64,000 bases of DNA from a bacterium. Its GTDB lineage: Bacteria; Electryoneota; JAOADG01. The DNA lies in the NCBI GenBank assembly GCA_963681965.1, contig OY820579.1, positions 3,968,001 through 4,032,000 of the forward strand. The letters are read 5' to 3'. Below the pieces are notes generated by a model that saw only the letters and a program-made list of their open reading frames with translations, ran no database searches and was not told the DNA's origin. The position numbers and the translations under genes were made by a program. Positions within the stretch are counted from its first letter, which is position 1, and the number at the start of each line of letters is the position of its first letter. Below are positions 19,593 through 29,560 of this stretch, one piece after another.

Positions 19593-20497
19593 GAAAATTA
19601 CGCTTTGCCATGCTTGCTTGGTGCATGTTGATCGCAGTGAATATCGCGATGGCACGACCCGATCGCTCAGCGCCGATTCGGGTAATGACTTACAATCTCC
19701 GGTACGACAATCCGGATGACGGTCAGGACAACTGGAAATTTCGGAAGGAATTTATTCTCTCCACTTTTCGATTCTACAAAGTCGATCTCATCGGAATTCA
19801 GGAAGGGCTTTCGCATCAGGTAAAATATCTCTCCGATTCACTTCCCGATTTCGACTGGTGCGGTGTCGGTCGCGACGACGGCAAGACTGCTGGTGAATAC
19901 AGCGCGATCTTCTTTAACAAGCATCGATTCGAATTGATCGATCACGGAAACTTCTGGCTCTCGCCAACGCCGGACGTACCGTCGAAAGGGTGGGATGCCG
20001 CGTGTATTCGAATTGCCACCTGGGCGAAACTTCATGATCGGAAATCGAATACTACTTTTCTGTATGTCAATACGCACTTCGATCATATCGGTGGCGTCGC
20101 GCGCGAAAATAGTGCGAAATTGATTCGGTCCAAGATTACCTCACTCACTTCCGACAGGATGCCGGTCATGCTTTCAGGCGATTTCAATTCGTGCGATACC
20201 GACTCAAGCTACATCACACTCGTTCGTACCGATCTGAATGATTCGCGCTACCTGATCGATTCCAAATCGCTTTCGGCTACCGGTCATCACGGACCACTCG
20301 CAACATTCTGCGGGTTCGATGTAATAAAGAACTACAACAAAGAACGCATCGATTTCATTTTTGTTTCACCCGGAATTGCAGTGAAGTCCCACGGCACATT
20401 GACCGATTTTAAAGACAATCTGCATTTTCCGTCGGATCATCTCCCGGTGTTGGCAGAAGTGGTTTTACCCTGTTTCGTAACGAAATTCGAATACTAA
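19589..20497 (+). CDS. Secreted endonuclease/exonuclease/phosphatase-family protein
   Basis: MTYNLR, GIQE, NTHFDH, GDFN, IDFIF, SDHLPV; ATGA overlap with GH92. Confidence 0.88.
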   Translation: MRKLRFAMLAWCMLIAVNIAMARPDRSAPIRVMTYNLRYDNPDDGQDNWKFRKEFILSTFRFYKVDLIGIQEGLSHQVKYLSDSLPDFDWCGVGRDDGKTAGEYSAIFFNKHRFELIDHGNFWLSPTPDVPSKGWDAACIRIATWAKLHDRKSNTTFLYVNTHFDHIGGVARENSAKLIRSKITSLTSDRMPVMLSGDFNSCDTDSSYITLVRTDLNDSRYLIDSKSLSATGHHGPLATFCGFDVIKNYNKERIDFIFVSPGIAVKSHGTLTDFKDNLHFPSDHLPVLAEVVLPCFVTKFEY

Positions 20498-20516
20498 GTT
20501 TTCGATTAGGAACAAC

Positions 20517-22463
20517 ATGAATCTCAATTTCTTCGACTGGCTCATCGTCATTATCTCGATTACGGGATTAATAGCGGTAGTCAATATCAGCAAGCGGTAT
20601 ATGCGCAGCGTTGCCGATTTTTTGTCGGCGGGTCGTTCGGCGGGGCGGTATCTGATCAGTGTCTCGCAAGGGATGTCGGCGCTCGGATCGATCACGATCG
20701 TCGGTATGTGGGAGATGAATTACATCGCGGGGTTCTCACTCCGCTGGTGGGAATTCACCATGGGCGTCGTATTGCTCATCATCACGGTATCGGGGTGGGT
20801 GATTTATCGCTTCCGGCAGACGCGCGCATTGACGATGGCGCAATTTTTCGAAATTCGCTATAGCCGGAATTTCCGGATCTTTGCCGGACTACTCGCATTC
20901 ACTTCGGGAATTGTTAATTTCGGCATCTTTCCCGCGGTTGGAGCACGATTCTTTATCTACTTCTGTGGCTTGCCGCAAACGTTTACGCTGCTGGGGTTGG
21001 CGATTCCGATGTTTCCCGCAGTGATGGCGATCTTTCTGGCGATTGCAATCTATTTTCTCTTTGCTGGTGGACAGATTGCCGTCATCATCACCGAATTTAT
21101 CCAGGGCATTTTCGTCAATACGGTGTTCATCATTATCGTGATCTACTTCCTGACTACCATTGACTGGAATCAAATTTTCATCGGACTGACCGCGGCACCA
21201 CCGGATGCATCGCTGATCAATCCCTACCATACGAGCAAGGTGAAGGATTTCAATCTTTGGTACTTCCTGATCGGCGTGGTCGGTGTGATCTACGGAAAGA
21301 TGTCGTGGCAAGGAACGCAAGGCTACAACTCATCGGCAAAGAGCGCGCACGAAGCGAAGATGGGCGAAGTGCTTGGCAATCTGCGCGACATTCCCAAATG
21401 GTTGATGTTGATCTTTGTGCCGATCGTAGCCTATACCGTGATGCACAATAAAGATTTCTCGGTTGTCGCACAGAGTGTAACCGGTATTCTGAACGGCGTC
21501 GATTCGAAAGCGCTGCAGACACAACTCACCGTGCCGCTCGTGCTATCGAAATTATTACCCTTCGGATTGATGGGTGCTCTCACGACGGTGATGCTGATGG
21601 CGACCATCGGCACGCACGACAGCTATCTCCATTCGTGGGGTAGCATCTTCATTCAAGATGTCATCATGCCGTTCCGCAAGAAAGCGTTCGAACCGGAACA
21701 ACACCTCCGTGTACTGCGACTGGCGATCCTCGGGGTCTGTATTTTCATCTTCTGTTTCAGTATCATCTTCAATCAGAGTGAATATATTTTCCTGTTCTTC
21801 GCGATAACCGGCGCGATTTTTACCGGTGGTAGCGGGGCTGTGATCATCGGTGGATTATACTGGAAACGCGGCACGACCGCAGCGGCGTGGAGCGCGCTGA
21901 TCACTGGTTCGGTGATTGCGGTCGGCGGAATTATTCTGCAGCAGATCGACAAGGATTTCCCGATCAACGGTCAGGAGTTTTGGGGTCTCGCAATGGGCTG
22001 CTCATCGATCGTCTATATCGTGGTTTCGCTACTGAATAAGAATAAAGCATTCGATATGGATCGATTGCTGCATCGCGGTCAGTATGCGATTCAGGGCGAA
22101 TTGAAAGTCGTGGACGAAGTTCCGGTGAAGGGGTGGAAGATGCTCGGCATGGGGCGCGAATTCACCCGTGGCGACAAATTGATTTACATCATCGCCTATG
22201 GCTGGGTGATTGCGTGGACGATCGCATTTCTGATCGGCACCTTCTTCAATCTGACCGGGACAGTGAGCGATTCCTCGTGGATGAGTTTCTGGAAGATCTT
22301 CCTGACGGTCAATGTGATTGCATCGATTATCATCATCATCTGGTTCTCGATCGGTGGAATGCGCGATTTGAAAGACATGTTGCATCGGTTACGCACGAAT
22401 ATCCGCAATCATCAGGACAGCGGTTTCGTCGATCGTCCCGGGAGCGAGGAGCCGAAATCATGA
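20517..22463 (+). CDS. Sodium:solute symporter (SSS family)
   Basis: DFLSAGRS, TMAQFFEIRYS, GLYWKRGT; many TM segments. Confidence 0.88.
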   Translation: MNLNFFDWLIVIISITGLIAVVNISKRYMRSVADFLSAGRSAGRYLISVSQGMSALGSITIVGMWEMNYIAGFSLRWWEFTMGVVLLIITVSGWVIYRFRQTRALTMAQFFEIRYSRNFRIFAGLLAFTSGIVNFGIFPAVGARFFIYFCGLPQTFTLLGLAIPMFPAVMAIFLAIAIYFLFAGGQIAVIITEFIQGIFVNTVFIIIVIYFLTTIDWNQIFIGLTAAPPDASLINPYHTSKVKDFNLWYFLIGVVGVIYGKMSWQGTQGYNSSAKSAHEAKMGEVLGNLRDIPKWLMLIFVPIVAYTVMHNKDFSVVAQSVTGILNGVDSKALQTQLTVPLVLSKLLPFGLMGALTTVMLMATIGTHDSYLHSWGSIFIQDVIMPFRKKAFEPEQHLRVLRLAILGVCIFIFCFSIIFNQSEYIFLFFAITGAIFTGGSGAVIIGGLYWKRGTTAAAWSALITGSVIAVGGIILQQIDKDFPINGQEFWGLAMGCSSIVYIVVSLLNKNKAFDMDRLLHRGQYAIQGELKVVDEVPVKGWKMLGMGREFTRGDKLIYIIAYGWVIAWTIAFLIGTFFNLTGTVSDSSWMSFWKIFLTVNVIASIIIIIWFSIGGMRDLKDMLHRLRTNIRNHQDSGFVDRPGSEEPKS

Positions 22464-23416
22464 AACGACACTCCGCGAATCCGATTATCACGCGCTCCGA
22501 TATTCCGAATATTCCACCCGATTTGATCGATGTAACGTCGGTTTTCAATCCCGGCGCGATTCAGGTGAATGGCGAAACAATTCTCATTTTACGCGTGCAG
22601 AATCGCGGACGAGAAACCTCGTTCGTCGTGGCACGCAGTTCCGATGGTATCCTCTTCCAATGTGCGAAGAAAGCGGTTACACTGCACGGCATCGAATCGG
22701 TAAACGAAACGATCTATCATTGCTACGATGCCCGGATTACACGGCTGGACGATACTTTCTACGTCATGTTTGCCATGGATATGGATCACGGTTGCAGTCT
22801 CGGGTTAGCGAAAACTGCTGATTTCGATCATTTCGAATTTCTCGGGATCGCTTCGACCGGCGATATTCGCAATGGTGTGATCTTCCCGGAAAAATTCGAT
22901 GGAAAATATCTGCGACTCGATCGTCCGAACGATCTTCAGCTCGATGGCGGACCGACTTCCGGCACGGTGATTTGTCTTTCGGAATCCGACGATCTGTTGC
23001 ACTGGCAACGCACCGCACACATCATGCAGGGGCGGTTCCATTATTGGGATGAATTGATTGGACCGGGCGCTGTACCGATTAAGACGCGCCACGGCTGGCT
23101 CTGTCTTTATCACGGAGTGGCGACACATTTCGGCAGTGCGAATATTTATCAGGCGGGTGTCTTCCTGCTCGACCTGCACGACCCGAGCAAATTGCTCGGG
23201 CGCAGCCGGTTCAATATTCTGGAACCACGCGAGTTGTACGAACTCGCTGGACAAGTACCGAATGTAGTGTTCCCGAGTGGCGCTGTCGTGCAATCGGTCG
23301 ATGCCGACGGTTTCGCGACAGACGATAGTGAAGTCTATGTGTACTATGGTGCAGCGGATACCTGTGTCGGGTTGGCGGTGACGACGGTAAGAATGTTAGT
23401 AGAAGCGACCATTTAA
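22460..23416 (+). CDS. GH130 beta-mannoside phosphorylase/hydrolase
   Basis: ATG 22460 overlaps the SSS stop. NPII, VFNPGA, YDARIT, RNGVIFPEK, YHGV, VPNVVFP, YYGAADT. Confidence 0.9.
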   Translation: MKRHSANPIITRSDIPNIPPDLIDVTSVFNPGAIQVNGETILILRVQNRGRETSFVVARSSDGILFQCAKKAVTLHGIESVNETIYHCYDARITRLDDTFYVMFAMDMDHGCSLGLAKTADFDHFEFLGIASTGDIRNGVIFPEKFDGKYLRLDRPNDLQLDGGPTSGTVICLSESDDLLHWQRTAHIMQGRFHYWDELIGPGAVPIKTRHGWLCLYHGVATHFGSANIYQAGVFLLDLHDPSKLLGRSRFNILEPRELYELAGQVPNVVFPSGAVVQSVDADGFATDDSEVYVYYGAADTCVGLAVTTVRMLVEATI

Positions 23417-23447
23417 GTATTTAGATAATAATAACAATCACTATTTT

Positions 23448-23470
23448 ATGAGATCATATTGTGATCTCAT
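23448..23470. promoter_or_regulatory. Perfect 9-bp inverted repeat, possible operator
   Basis: ATGAGATCA-tattg-TGATCTCAT in the AT-rich gap upstream of the LVIVD gene. Confidence 0.35.
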
Positions 23471-23515
23471 TCTATATCAGTTATTTTTTATTCTGTATTC
23501 CTATCTCCCACATCT

Positions 23516-25876
23516 ATGGCAATGTACACACTTGAATTGGAGTCGTCGATGCCAAAGAGAATCCTCTGTTTGATTAATACTTTCCTCATTTTGATCGTAA
23601 GCTTGTCGATCTTCGATTCGATGGTATTGGCTCAGGATAGTTCGGGCGTACGTTGTATTCAGCGAATAGTCAATAACAGGTCGGTTAACTTAATAGCTAG
23701 CAATGGCAATTATCTCTGTGCTTTAGTCAATAATCAAGTAAAGATTTTCGATATATCCATTCCGAACCACCCACACGAGATATCTTCGATTCCAATTATT
23801 GGTGACGTAAAAAAATTTATCTTAACATCGAACCGACTTTATCTTGCAAATGATTTCGATGGTATCCGGATTTACAGTCTTACCGATCCATATAACCCTG
23901 CATTGATTACTACCTATCGATTACCAGATACTGCGATAGACATGGCTCTTCAAAACGATCATTTGTATCTAAATATCCATGAACACGGTCTATTAATTAT
24001 CGACGTTGGAGATTCCCAGAATCTTAGATTGTTGGGTAGCTTGGATAGTATCAATTTTGCATATTTTGTGGTGTCAGGTAGATATCTTTATGGAGTTGGA
24101 TGCTGTCTTTGGACTTATGATATCTCAAATCCCGACAGTATACAGCTCATGTCGGAATATGAACTTCCCTACACTTGGGTTTTGGTATCCATCACAAAAG
24201 TCGGATCAAACGTCTATTTAGGGGGTCAAGGAACAGCTTGGTATACTTGTTTCGGCATCTTGATCGGCATCGATGTTTCCGATCCAACTAATCCTGTTGA
24301 GCGCGGTCGTTTTTATGAACCAGCTCAAGGCTCAAGAGAGCAATTGAATTCATATAGTAACATCAACCAAGTAACAAACATTGGAAATAACGTTGTCGTT
24401 TCGGCAGAAATATCCGAACGACAGTACAATGGTTCCTTCAGAACTTCCAATATTGTACAGATCTTGGATATTACAAATCCAGACAGCATCGAATCGAGTT
24501 GGGGAGTGACTTTATACTCCGACACGACATACTACCGGAGTAGAGCTGTTCGTGAGTTATCGGTAACCGAAAGCACTATCTATTGTGCCGAAGGCGAACT
24601 TGGACTCGCGAGTATTCCCACAAGAACAAATTCCTATTCTACGAGTGTACTCTCTTTTCAACCTCGATTGATCACTCACATCGGAAATTATCTCGTTGCT
24701 TCCACCAATAACCAAATCAGCATCTCCGATATCTCTGATCCGGCTCATGCAAGTTTGGATGCTCTCATCGATGTATCGGATTCGATCGAATTTTTGGGAT
24801 CCTTCAACAATACATTACTACTTGGAACGGCACATCGTGATTCTTTATCTGCGATAAATCATGAGATGGTGTTGTATAACTTATCCAACATCAATACACC
24901 GGTCCACCTGAGTAATTGTGAGGTTCCAGCACAAATACAGGATATCGCAATCGACGGCGCTTATGCATATGTTGCCACTGGTGATTCTGGAATGAAAATC
25001 GTAAATATTGCCAACCCACAATCGATACAGATTACTGGATCCATGCCGGTACCAACCGATCAGCTTGAAATCAGTGATCACTATTTATTCGCATTGAACA
25101 AGCATCAATTCCGGAGTTATCGATTGACGGATCCGATTCATCCCGAACTTATCAGCGAATTTTCGGATACGTCGCTGGTTTTTCGTAATCTTGCTGTGAT
25201 CGGCAACCGGCTCTATTATTGCGAGGCAAGTTCCATTTATCATCCCGACCAGAATTACTATAACTCTCAAGCGTTTATTAGAGAATTTAACATCTCCGAT
25301 CCAACCCATCTTGTTCCGATGCGAAGTTATATGTTGGCGGAGTATAATTCAGCCTATCACGCTTTTCTGAATGCCAGATTTCTTATCCCAGCGAGCACAC
25401 ACTTATTCTATCAATCCGATTTTTTGGGAACGATAAATATATTAGATCTTACCCGACCCGATAGCATCAGACGATGTGGTTATTATCATACAAACGGATA
25501 TGGTTCCACTGTGATTGGTAACAATATTTTCTTGACGAGAGATTATTCTATTGACCTCTTTGACTGTTCCCAAGCACTCGGCGTAGTCGATCACCGATCC
25601 GAATCTATTCCGACCACCTTCGCACTCAAACCGAATAACCCGAACCCTTTCAACGCCACAACTGAGATTCACTACACGATTCCAGCGACCGCAAAAGTCG
25701 AGTTAAAAGTATTCGATCTGACCGGGCGCGAGGTTGCAAAGTTAGTCGATTTCAATCAGAATCCGGGCGAGTACACTTACCATTTCGACGGCAAAGCGCT
25801 TGCCTCCGGCACCTATTTTGTGAGGTTGAAAGTAGGTGCTTTCATGCAAACGCAGAAAATAATTTTATTGAAGTAA
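23516..25876 (+). CDS. LVIVD-repeat secreted protein with T9SS type-A C-terminal sorting domain
   Basis: Repeated (I/V)xD(I/V)S(N/D)P units (GLLIIDVGD, GMKIVNIANP); C-terminal PNPFNA...SGTYFVRL...KIILLK. Start may instead be ATG 23549. Confidence 0.82.
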   Translation: MAMYTLELESSMPKRILCLINTFLILIVSLSIFDSMVLAQDSSGVRCIQRIVNNRSVNLIASNGNYLCALVNNQVKIFDISIPNHPHEISSIPIIGDVKKFILTSNRLYLANDFDGIRIYSLTDPYNPALITTYRLPDTAIDMALQNDHLYLNIHEHGLLIIDVGDSQNLRLLGSLDSINFAYFVVSGRYLYGVGCCLWTYDISNPDSIQLMSEYELPYTWVLVSITKVGSNVYLGGQGTAWYTCFGILIGIDVSDPTNPVERGRFYEPAQGSREQLNSYSNINQVTNIGNNVVVSAEISERQYNGSFRTSNIVQILDITNPDSIESSWGVTLYSDTTYYRSRAVRELSVTESTIYCAEGELGLASIPTRTNSYSTSVLSFQPRLITHIGNYLVASTNNQISISDISDPAHASLDALIDVSDSIEFLGSFNNTLLLGTAHRDSLSAINHEMVLYNLSNINTPVHLSNCEVPAQIQDIAIDGAYAYVATGDSGMKIVNIANPQSIQITGSMPVPTDQLEISDHYLFALNKHQFRSYRLTDPIHPELISEFSDTSLVFRNLAVIGNRLYYCEASSIYHPDQNYYNSQAFIREFNISDPTHLVPMRSYMLAEYNSAYHAFLNARFLIPASTHLFYQSDFLGTINILDLTRPDSIRRCGYYHTNGYGSTVIGNNIFLTRDYSIDLFDCSQALGVVDHRSESIPTTFALKPNNPNPFNATTEIHYTIPATAKVELKVFDLTGREVAKLVDFNQNPGEYTYHFDGKALASGTYFVRLKVGAFMQTQKIILLK

Positions 25877-25909
25877 TTCACAGTTTAAATTTTTCTACGA
25901 GTTTGACAA

Positions 25910-26266
25910 ATGGCTTCAGCATTTCTAGTATTATTCTCAATTATTCTCACGGTCGCGATCAAACTCGGCATCGTGTGGGCTTCCATTCTGTGGGGCGTTC
26001 AGGATAACAAACTGGAATTCAAGCATATTGTCTACATCGCGTTGGTCGTGTATCTCCCGGCAGCAATGATCGCTGGATTATTAGAAAAAACCATCGGTGA
26101 AGTGCCTGCGATGCTCCTTGAATTTGTCCTGCGCACGTTGGCACTCTATCTGGCAACGATGAATATGTATTCGCGCGACGCCGTCCTTAAAATCATCATC
26201 GCATTTGTACCACTGACGATCGTCGCGAAGCTATTTTTTAGTGCGATCAAATATTTTATCGGATAA
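25910..26266 (+). CDS. Hypothetical membrane protein (~4 TM)
   Basis: 118-aa hydrophobic ORF filling the gap before the convergent hairpin. Confidence 0.65.
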   Translation: MASAFLVLFSIILTVAIKLGIVWASILWGVQDNKLEFKHIVYIALVVYLPAAMIAGLLEKTIGEVPAMLLEFVLRTLALYLATMNMYSRDAVLKIIIAFVPLTIVAKLFFSAIKYFIG

Positions 26267-26298
26267 GAAAAACGGGAGACTGCGATGAGCCTCCCGTT
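26267..26298 (-). terminator. Hairpin between convergent genes, probable terminator of the Mgl operon
   Basis: AACGGGAG-12nt-CTCCCGTT with an adjacent A-run (T-run on the minus strand). Confidence 0.55.
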
Positions 26299-26355
26299 GA
26301 AACAAGCAAATGCATGATAAGAACGATTGGTAAACCACGCCAACCGGAGAACGGA

Positions 26356-27609
26356 TTAATCGTCGATAAAAAACTGGCGCGACGATTTCATCACTTTATC
26401 CCACAAGAATGTACCACGCTCGATTCCGAAAATGAATAGATAATTGTCGATGTGGACGCGTGCCGACTTCCACGAAGTCAGTTGCGCCACTTTATTTACC
26501 CAATTATCGTACTCCGCCTCATTGCGCGTTCGCAACGCCATCATCAACGCTTTTCGATTCGTCTGATCGAGGAATGTCTCTTTCCACGTCCCCTTCGGTT
26601 CGAAGACTGCGCCTACTTTCGGTGCTGCCGGTGCTGCCGGAGCAGTTGGTGCTTGTGGTGGAGTTGCCGCTACCGGAGCGGGTTTCGGTGGTTCCGGCAC
26701 GGGTGCTGCCGGTTTCGGAGCCATGGCTGGAGGTGGTGTCATCGCCGGTGGCTTCACTGCCGGAGTTGCCACTGGTGCCGGTCGCGGTGGTGGCGGTGGC
26801 GGCGGAACCGGACGTGTTGGTGTGGAAACACCTAATCCAAACGCATCATCTTCATCGATCTTGGCTGGCTCTGGCGGCTTCGCTGTCATCGGTGGCGGTG
26901 TCTGCGCTGGTGCCGGTCGTGCCGCTGGTGCAGGTGCCTGTGCAGGTGCTGCCGGCATTACCGATTCCAGCGGTTCTTCGGTCGTCGTGCTCAGGTCGTG
27001 GAACGAACCACCCGAAATCATCTTGCGGGTGACAACGTAATCTTTCCGCAATGCATTATAGCGCGCCATAATCAGCGCGAGATCGTCGACACCGATCGCA
27101 TTCATTCCGAGCGATTCTTCCAACCGCACCACATCGGCAAGCACTTTCACTTCCGACATATTCAACACGGTGGCGATCACACCGGGTTCCAGCGTCGTTC
27201 CACTGAAACCAAGACCAGTCGCGCGTTCGAAGACCTGTTTTGCCAAATCGATCGAATCGGCTTCCAACCCGCGCAAATCGATCGGGTTGTCCGACCAGGT
27301 TGTACGCACTTGATCGAATGACTTTCCAACCGCTTCCTGCAATTCATTTTGCGAAAAGGTGAACGCATTGAGAATCGCTTCGACGACTGCTTCACGCGTT
27401 TTGGCATCGACCAATGCAACATCGAATTGCGGGAGTGTCAGCAAGCGATCGATTTCGGCTTCTACCGACTCTTTCGCTTTCGCCGACAGTCGGTCGCGCA
27501 CCTCAGGCGACTTGTTCCATTGCGTCAATTCGCGGTACGGAAGACTCGCTCTCCCTTTCAGTAAATCGTCGATCCAGCCGGCAGGTACGGTTTGTTGTGA
27601 CACGCCCAT
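26356..27609 (-). CDS. Hypothetical protein: helical N-domain, Pro/Ala-rich linker, small helical C-domain
   Basis: GGAGG RBS upstream; last gene of the Mgl operon; long PAPA/PPPP-type linker. Confidence 0.8.
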   Translation of the reverse strand: MGVSQQTVPAGWIDDLLKGRASLPYRELTQWNKSPEVRDRLSAKAKESVEAEIDRLLTLPQFDVALVDAKTREAVVEAILNAFTFSQNELQEAVGKSFDQVRTTWSDNPIDLRGLEADSIDLAKQVFERATGLGFSGTTLEPGVIATVLNMSEVKVLADVVRLEESLGMNAIGVDDLALIMARYNALRKDYVVTRKMISGGSFHDLSTTTEEPLESVMPAAPAQAPAPAARPAPAQTPPPMTAKPPEPAKIDEDDAFGLGVSTPTRPVPPPPPPPRPAPVATPAVKPPAMTPPPAMAPKPAAPVPEPPKPAPVAATPPQAPTAPAAPAAPKVGAVFEPKGTWKETFLDQTNRKALMMALRTRNEAEYDNWVNKVAQLTSWKSARVHIDNYLFIFGIERGTFLWDKVMKSSRQFFIDD

Positions 27610-27631
27610 AGATTTGTCCTCCTAATCGCTA

Positions 27632-29560
27632 CTACGAATTCGGATGTTTAGTTTGATATTTATCGCGAATTGATTCTAATTGAAGTATGTCTAGATGATC
27701 GACGCCGACATAAGCCACGATCTCGACCCCTTGCGCGACTTCCTTCTCATTGACCCCTTTCAGGATCTGCATCACGCATTCGATCGGAACTTGCGTCTCC
27801 GGCATTCCCATCTCGAGAATGAATCCTTCCAACCGGCGGAATTGTCGGATCACCAATTCCCAGCGGCGTTTGATCGGCATTCCGTCGATATATTCCATAA
27901 AAGACGATTTGAGATTGGCATCGGAATAACCGGTCTGAATGGTTTGCGAAAGAATCGTCCGAAATTCCGGATCGATCTGATCGCGGGTAATAATTTCGTG
28001 CAATGCAGCTTCGATCGATTGATAGTTCGTTAATCGATTGCAGAACGCTGTCAATGTCGGTAATGGTTCCAGAACCAGTCCGATTTCCAATGCAATCGCG
28101 CGCCGAACGAGTTCCATCCATTCCCGTTTCGTTACCATCCGCTTCTTCGCCAGATGATTGCGCAACTGCATCAGGATCGATCTGCTCTCTTCGTCATGCA
28201 GATCGAAGGCATGCGTCAATTTTCCGATCGTGCCGTCGACATCTTCGGTCATCATCAAAACGACCCAGCTCCCAATTCGCGGAGGTATTTTCGCCATCGG
28301 AATTTTATCGATCGGAAGCGATTCGACTTTATCCTGCCAACTCTCCTTGGCAAGGTCGTGCATCTTGACAAATAGCTCGGCAATTCGCTCGGTCGTTCGA
28401 AAATCCTGCATCTCCTCGCGATGTTCGCGTACTTCCGGTTTATTTGCCGGACGTTCCGCTACTGCCGGCGGGGGGGTACGCGGTTGCATAACCGGTTGCG
28501 GTGCCGGTTGAGCTGCGGGTTGCGGCATCGGATGCACCGGCGGCGGAGTGGGAGCGGAAACCGGCATCGGTTGGCGCGCGGTTTTCGATTGAATCGTTTC
28601 CGCCGACAACGGCGCTGCGAACGAGAAGCGTTTGGATTCCGAAACTGGTTCCTGCAATTCCTGCGGAGCAATTTCATCGAGTGCCGAAAAGGTCTCGATC
28701 GGCGGTGTCGTCACTTCGGGTTTTCGATACGGCGTGTTGATCGACGTCTTCTTGATACTGGTAACCGGTTCGATGAATTCGATGTCGTTGTTTTCGATGT
28801 CGTCTTCACCGAGTAATTCATCGGAAGCACTCGCTTCGTCCGATACGCGCGCCGCATCGATGACCAGCGTTTGCCATTGCTTGCCGATCGTCTTTTGGGT
28901 GCGGACATACGGACCGACCGTAAATTTTCCGCCGGGCCATTGAAACATTTCGTAGAAGGCATCGACACCGACATTCGCAACCGTTTTCGCGTGGATGATG
29001 ATACCATTGTCGATTGCGATGATTCCTTCATTGCGACCGGAATTCACTTTCAACGTAGATTTTCGACCGCTGATTCCGAGTAGCTGAATCACCTCCGCCA
29101 TGTGCAGTTGTCCGACAATCCCCTCGAATCCACTCTTATCCTTATCGGAAAGAATGTTGGTTACTTCGCGTCGCAGCAATTCGAAATCGAATGGTTTCTC
29201 GATATAGTGTACTGCGCCGAGTCCGTAACTTCGGGTACGCAACTCGGGGCTGGAGAATCCGGTCATGACGATGAATTTGATATTGGGATGTTCTTGCTGC
29301 ACCCGCACCATTAAATCCAAACCGGACAGATTCGGCATTCGGATATCGGTGATAATTACTTCGACTTCAGGATTTTCCCGAATGATACTCTCGACTTCCA
29401 ACGGGTCGGTAGAATAAAGCGTCTCGATATTTTCGTCGATCGAGTCGAATAGTCCCCGCAACGCGAGTACGATATCCTCCTCGTCGTCGACGACGATAAT
29501 TTTATGGAGGGGAACGTCTTGATCGTTCGGGTCCGGAATTTTTCTCAGTCGATTTGGCAT
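27632..29560 (-). CDS. Response regulator: REC + DUF4388/PATAN-like + Pro-rich linker + helical C-domain
   Basis: IIVVDD...IITDIRMP...MTG...EKPF (intact REC); GFEGIVGQLHMAEVIQL...GIIIHA...GVDAFYEMFQWPGGKF (DUF4388 pattern); TAATG overlap with mglB. Confidence 0.85.
   Translation of the reverse strand: MPNRLRKIPDPNDQDVPLHKIIVVDDEEDIVLALRGLFDSIDENIETLYSTDPLEVESIIRENPEVEVIITDIRMPNLSGLDLMVRVQQEHPNIKFIVMTGFSSPELRTRSYGLGAVHYIEKPFDFELLRREVTNILSDKDKSGFEGIVGQLHMAEVIQLLGISGRKSTLKVNSGRNEGIIAIDNGIIIHAKTVANVGVDAFYEMFQWPGGKFTVGPYVRTQKTIGKQWQTLVIDAARVSDEASASDELLGEDDIENNDIEFIEPVTSIKKTSINTPYRKPEVTTPPIETFSALDEIAPQELQEPVSESKRFSFAAPLSAETIQSKTARQPMPVSAPTPPPVHPMPQPAAQPAPQPVMQPRTPPPAVAERPANKPEVREHREEMQDFRTTERIAELFVKMHDLAKESWQDKVESLPIDKIPMAKIPPRIGSWVVLMMTEDVDGTIGKLTHAFDLHDEESRSILMQLRNHLAKKRMVTKREWMELVRRAIALEIGLVLEPLPTLTAFCNRLTNYQSIEAALHEIITRDQIDPEFRTILSQTIQTGYSDANLKSSFMEYIDGMPIKRRWELVIRQFRRLEGFILEMGMPETQVPIECVMQILKGVNEKEVAQGVEIVAYVGVDHLDILQLESIRDKYQTKHPNS

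Noticed and set aside
22133-22459. N-terminal extension of GH130 in the ORF track
   Set aside because: Overlaps the SSS gene; the ATGA-coupled start at 22460 matches the family N-terminus. Similar over-extensions at 13690, 30914, 31656, 32923, 54807 and 56875 were trimmed for comparable reasons.
26620-26960. GC-rich short repeats (GGTGCTGCC, GGTGGC) as CRISPR or VNTR
   Set aside because: They encode a Pro/Ala linker; there is no constant repeat-spacer periodicity and no cas gene
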